A stretch of DNA of 64,000 bases, taken from the IMG/VR virus record IMGVR_UViG_3300046542_000291, positions 1 to 64,000 of that record; one strand, given 5' to 3'. This document shows, piece by piece, positions 62,682 to 64,000 of the stretch. Position numbers and translations under genes: made by a program. Numbering within the stretch: position 1 is the first letter of the stretch; every line of letters starts with the position of its first letter. The notes under the pieces were generated by a model. The model had not been told where the DNA came from, ran no database searches, and was given only the letters and a program-made list of their open reading frames with translations.

Positions 62682-62917
62682 ATTTGATCCTTGAAGCGGA
62701 AGAGGTGTTTAGCCCCCACGCCGAAGGCAACACATAGGACCAGGCACAGCACTGCCCACCATGGGGACTGGTCATTCATGCTACTGAACATCGAGCCGAA
62801 GCTTATACCCGATGCCAGCGCCAGTAGGATGAAAACCAGCCAGAAGAACACTTCGCGGAGGTACATCCAGATTACTTGTTTGACGGTAACTTCACGGGCC
62901 ATATTTACGTCTGCCAT
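62672..62917 (-). CDS. 2-TM membrane protein (81 aa)
   Basis: Two hydrophobic helices. Confidence 0.65.
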   Translation of the reverse strand: MADVNMAREVTVKQVIWMYLREVFFWLVFILLALASGISFGSMFSSMNDQSPWWAVLCLVLCVAFGVGAKHLFRFKDQICK

Positions 62918-63390
62918 ATTGGAGGTTGAAGATGAGTGAACAGGCTCAGCATGTTATCAAGGGTGGCATGGTCCATTTGGTACAGTAGTTTGGCGATACG
63001 AACACCAACGTCCCAGTTCTTTTCAACGATCGTGATTCGCTGATCACCGTCAGAGAGCACAAAACAAAAATTGAACTCTCCGTTCGAAGGTACCATCATG
63101 TGTTTTGCTGTGACGTAACTACCCTGACGGTAGAACTCATCCAACTGGATAAGTGCAGTCATGTCACCAAACACACGCATCAGGTCACCAATAATCGTAT
63201 TGAGTTCGATAAAACGACTGAGTTGGTGATGCCGTGGAGAATGCGTTTCGATGAACTGCTTACGGGTATCGCCATCCAGAACCATCAACTCATTCTGAAA
63301 AGCCTCCGCTTCCTGGGTAAGGTTGTAGACAACGCCATAGACTGCGTGGTACTCATTACCGTCAATACCAACATGATCATCATTCCACAT
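62905..63390 (-). CDS. hypothetical protein (161 aa)
   Basis: AGGTG SD. Confidence 0.7.
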   Translation of the reverse strand: MWNDDHVGIDGNEYHAVYGVVYNLTQEAEAFQNELMVLDGDTRKQFIETHSPRHHQLSRFIELNTIIGDLMRVFGDMTALIQLDEFYRQGSYVTAKHMMVPSNGEFNFCFVLSDGDQRITIVEKNWDVGVRIAKLLYQMDHATLDNMLSLFTHLQPPIWQT

Positions 63391-63421
63391 AGATCACCTA
63401 TTTGCCAAAATTAAAGTGGGA

Positions 63422-63445
63422 CATAATGCCTCCCCGAAGGGAGGC
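63422..63445. terminator. hairpin terminator
   Basis: GCCTCCC-CGAA-GGGAGGC. Confidence 0.65.
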
Positions 63446-63599
63446 AAGAAGCGGACCTAGCAACCTAGGACCAGGGGAAGGTCGATTACAATCCCCAAAG
63501 TGTACGGACTCGAACCGCACGTGTCACACGCTACATTGTTAAAGAGCATCGTAAAGGAGCAGAGGTAACCAGGAACCAATAGCTCTATATAATTACACA

Positions 63600-64000
63600 C
63601 TAAACGATTGGATCATGGCCAACGGGTTCAACCGTGGTCCATGCCAGATCAGTCGGTGTAATGAGTGCCTCACCCAAACGGATGAGAGACTCTGTTCGTA
63701 GGTATTGATGATTCACGATATTGAACCGACCACCCACCGCATGTTCATATTGCTTGAACAAACGATTGATAGCCAGATCCCGATCCGATTGGACCTCGTC
63801 GTCTTTCCGAGGAAGCGGCCGTTCATCTTCAGGCCACAGTACAATAAAGCGGTAGTTGTCTACACCGTATTCCACGTGGTATGAATATTGATGCACGTTG
63901 AAATGTTCGCACTCCAGTTCGGTGTACGATTCGATAGTTGTCGTTGACTCACCAGTTAAAGCATTAAACGAGGCAAGCCTACGTCCCTTGGTTGTATCTA
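63600..64000 (-). CDS. hypothetical protein, 5' end beyond the right edge
   Basis: Frame stays open from the track start (63896) to the window end. Confidence 0.6.
   Translation of the reverse strand, partial: DTTKGRRLASFNALTGESTTTIESYTELECEHFNVHQYSYHVEYGVDNYRFIVLWPEDERPLPRKDDEVQSDRDLAINRLFKQYEHAVGGRFNIVNHQYLRTESLIRLGEALITPTDLAWTTVEPVGHDPIV

Overview
This is a 64 kb segment of a phiKZ-like, nucleus-forming jumbo phage (Chimalliviridae-type). The host is probably Pseudomonas, inferred from the Cca and PL7 lyase sequences. Recognisable core genes are the B-family DNA polymerase, PhuZ tubulin, terminase large subunit, tail sheath and tube, adjacent virion proteins, DHFR and class Ia NrdA/NrdB. 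The start of the chimallin gene probably lies at the left edge. Accessory genes include a host-like multifunctional CCA-adding enzyme, a second nucleotidyltransferase, a CX5R phosphatase, two HNH endonucleases, a GNAT, a PL7 alginate lyase and an Ntn-hydrolase-like protein, plus many small hypothetical and membrane proteins. The most unusual part is the RNA island at about 49.1-54.3 kb. It holds four credible tRNAs (Tyr, Asp, Trp, and an Asn with a long variable arm) and four tRNA-like elements that keep the D/T elbow but have wrecked anticodon arms. Two of these mimics are each fused directly to a copy of the same ~110-nt structured RNA, whose linkers are conserved and whose stems covary. Several other multibranch RNAs lie nearby. 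All annotation is by eye and from recalled family motifs; no database search or folding program was run, and phiKZ gene numbers are from memory.
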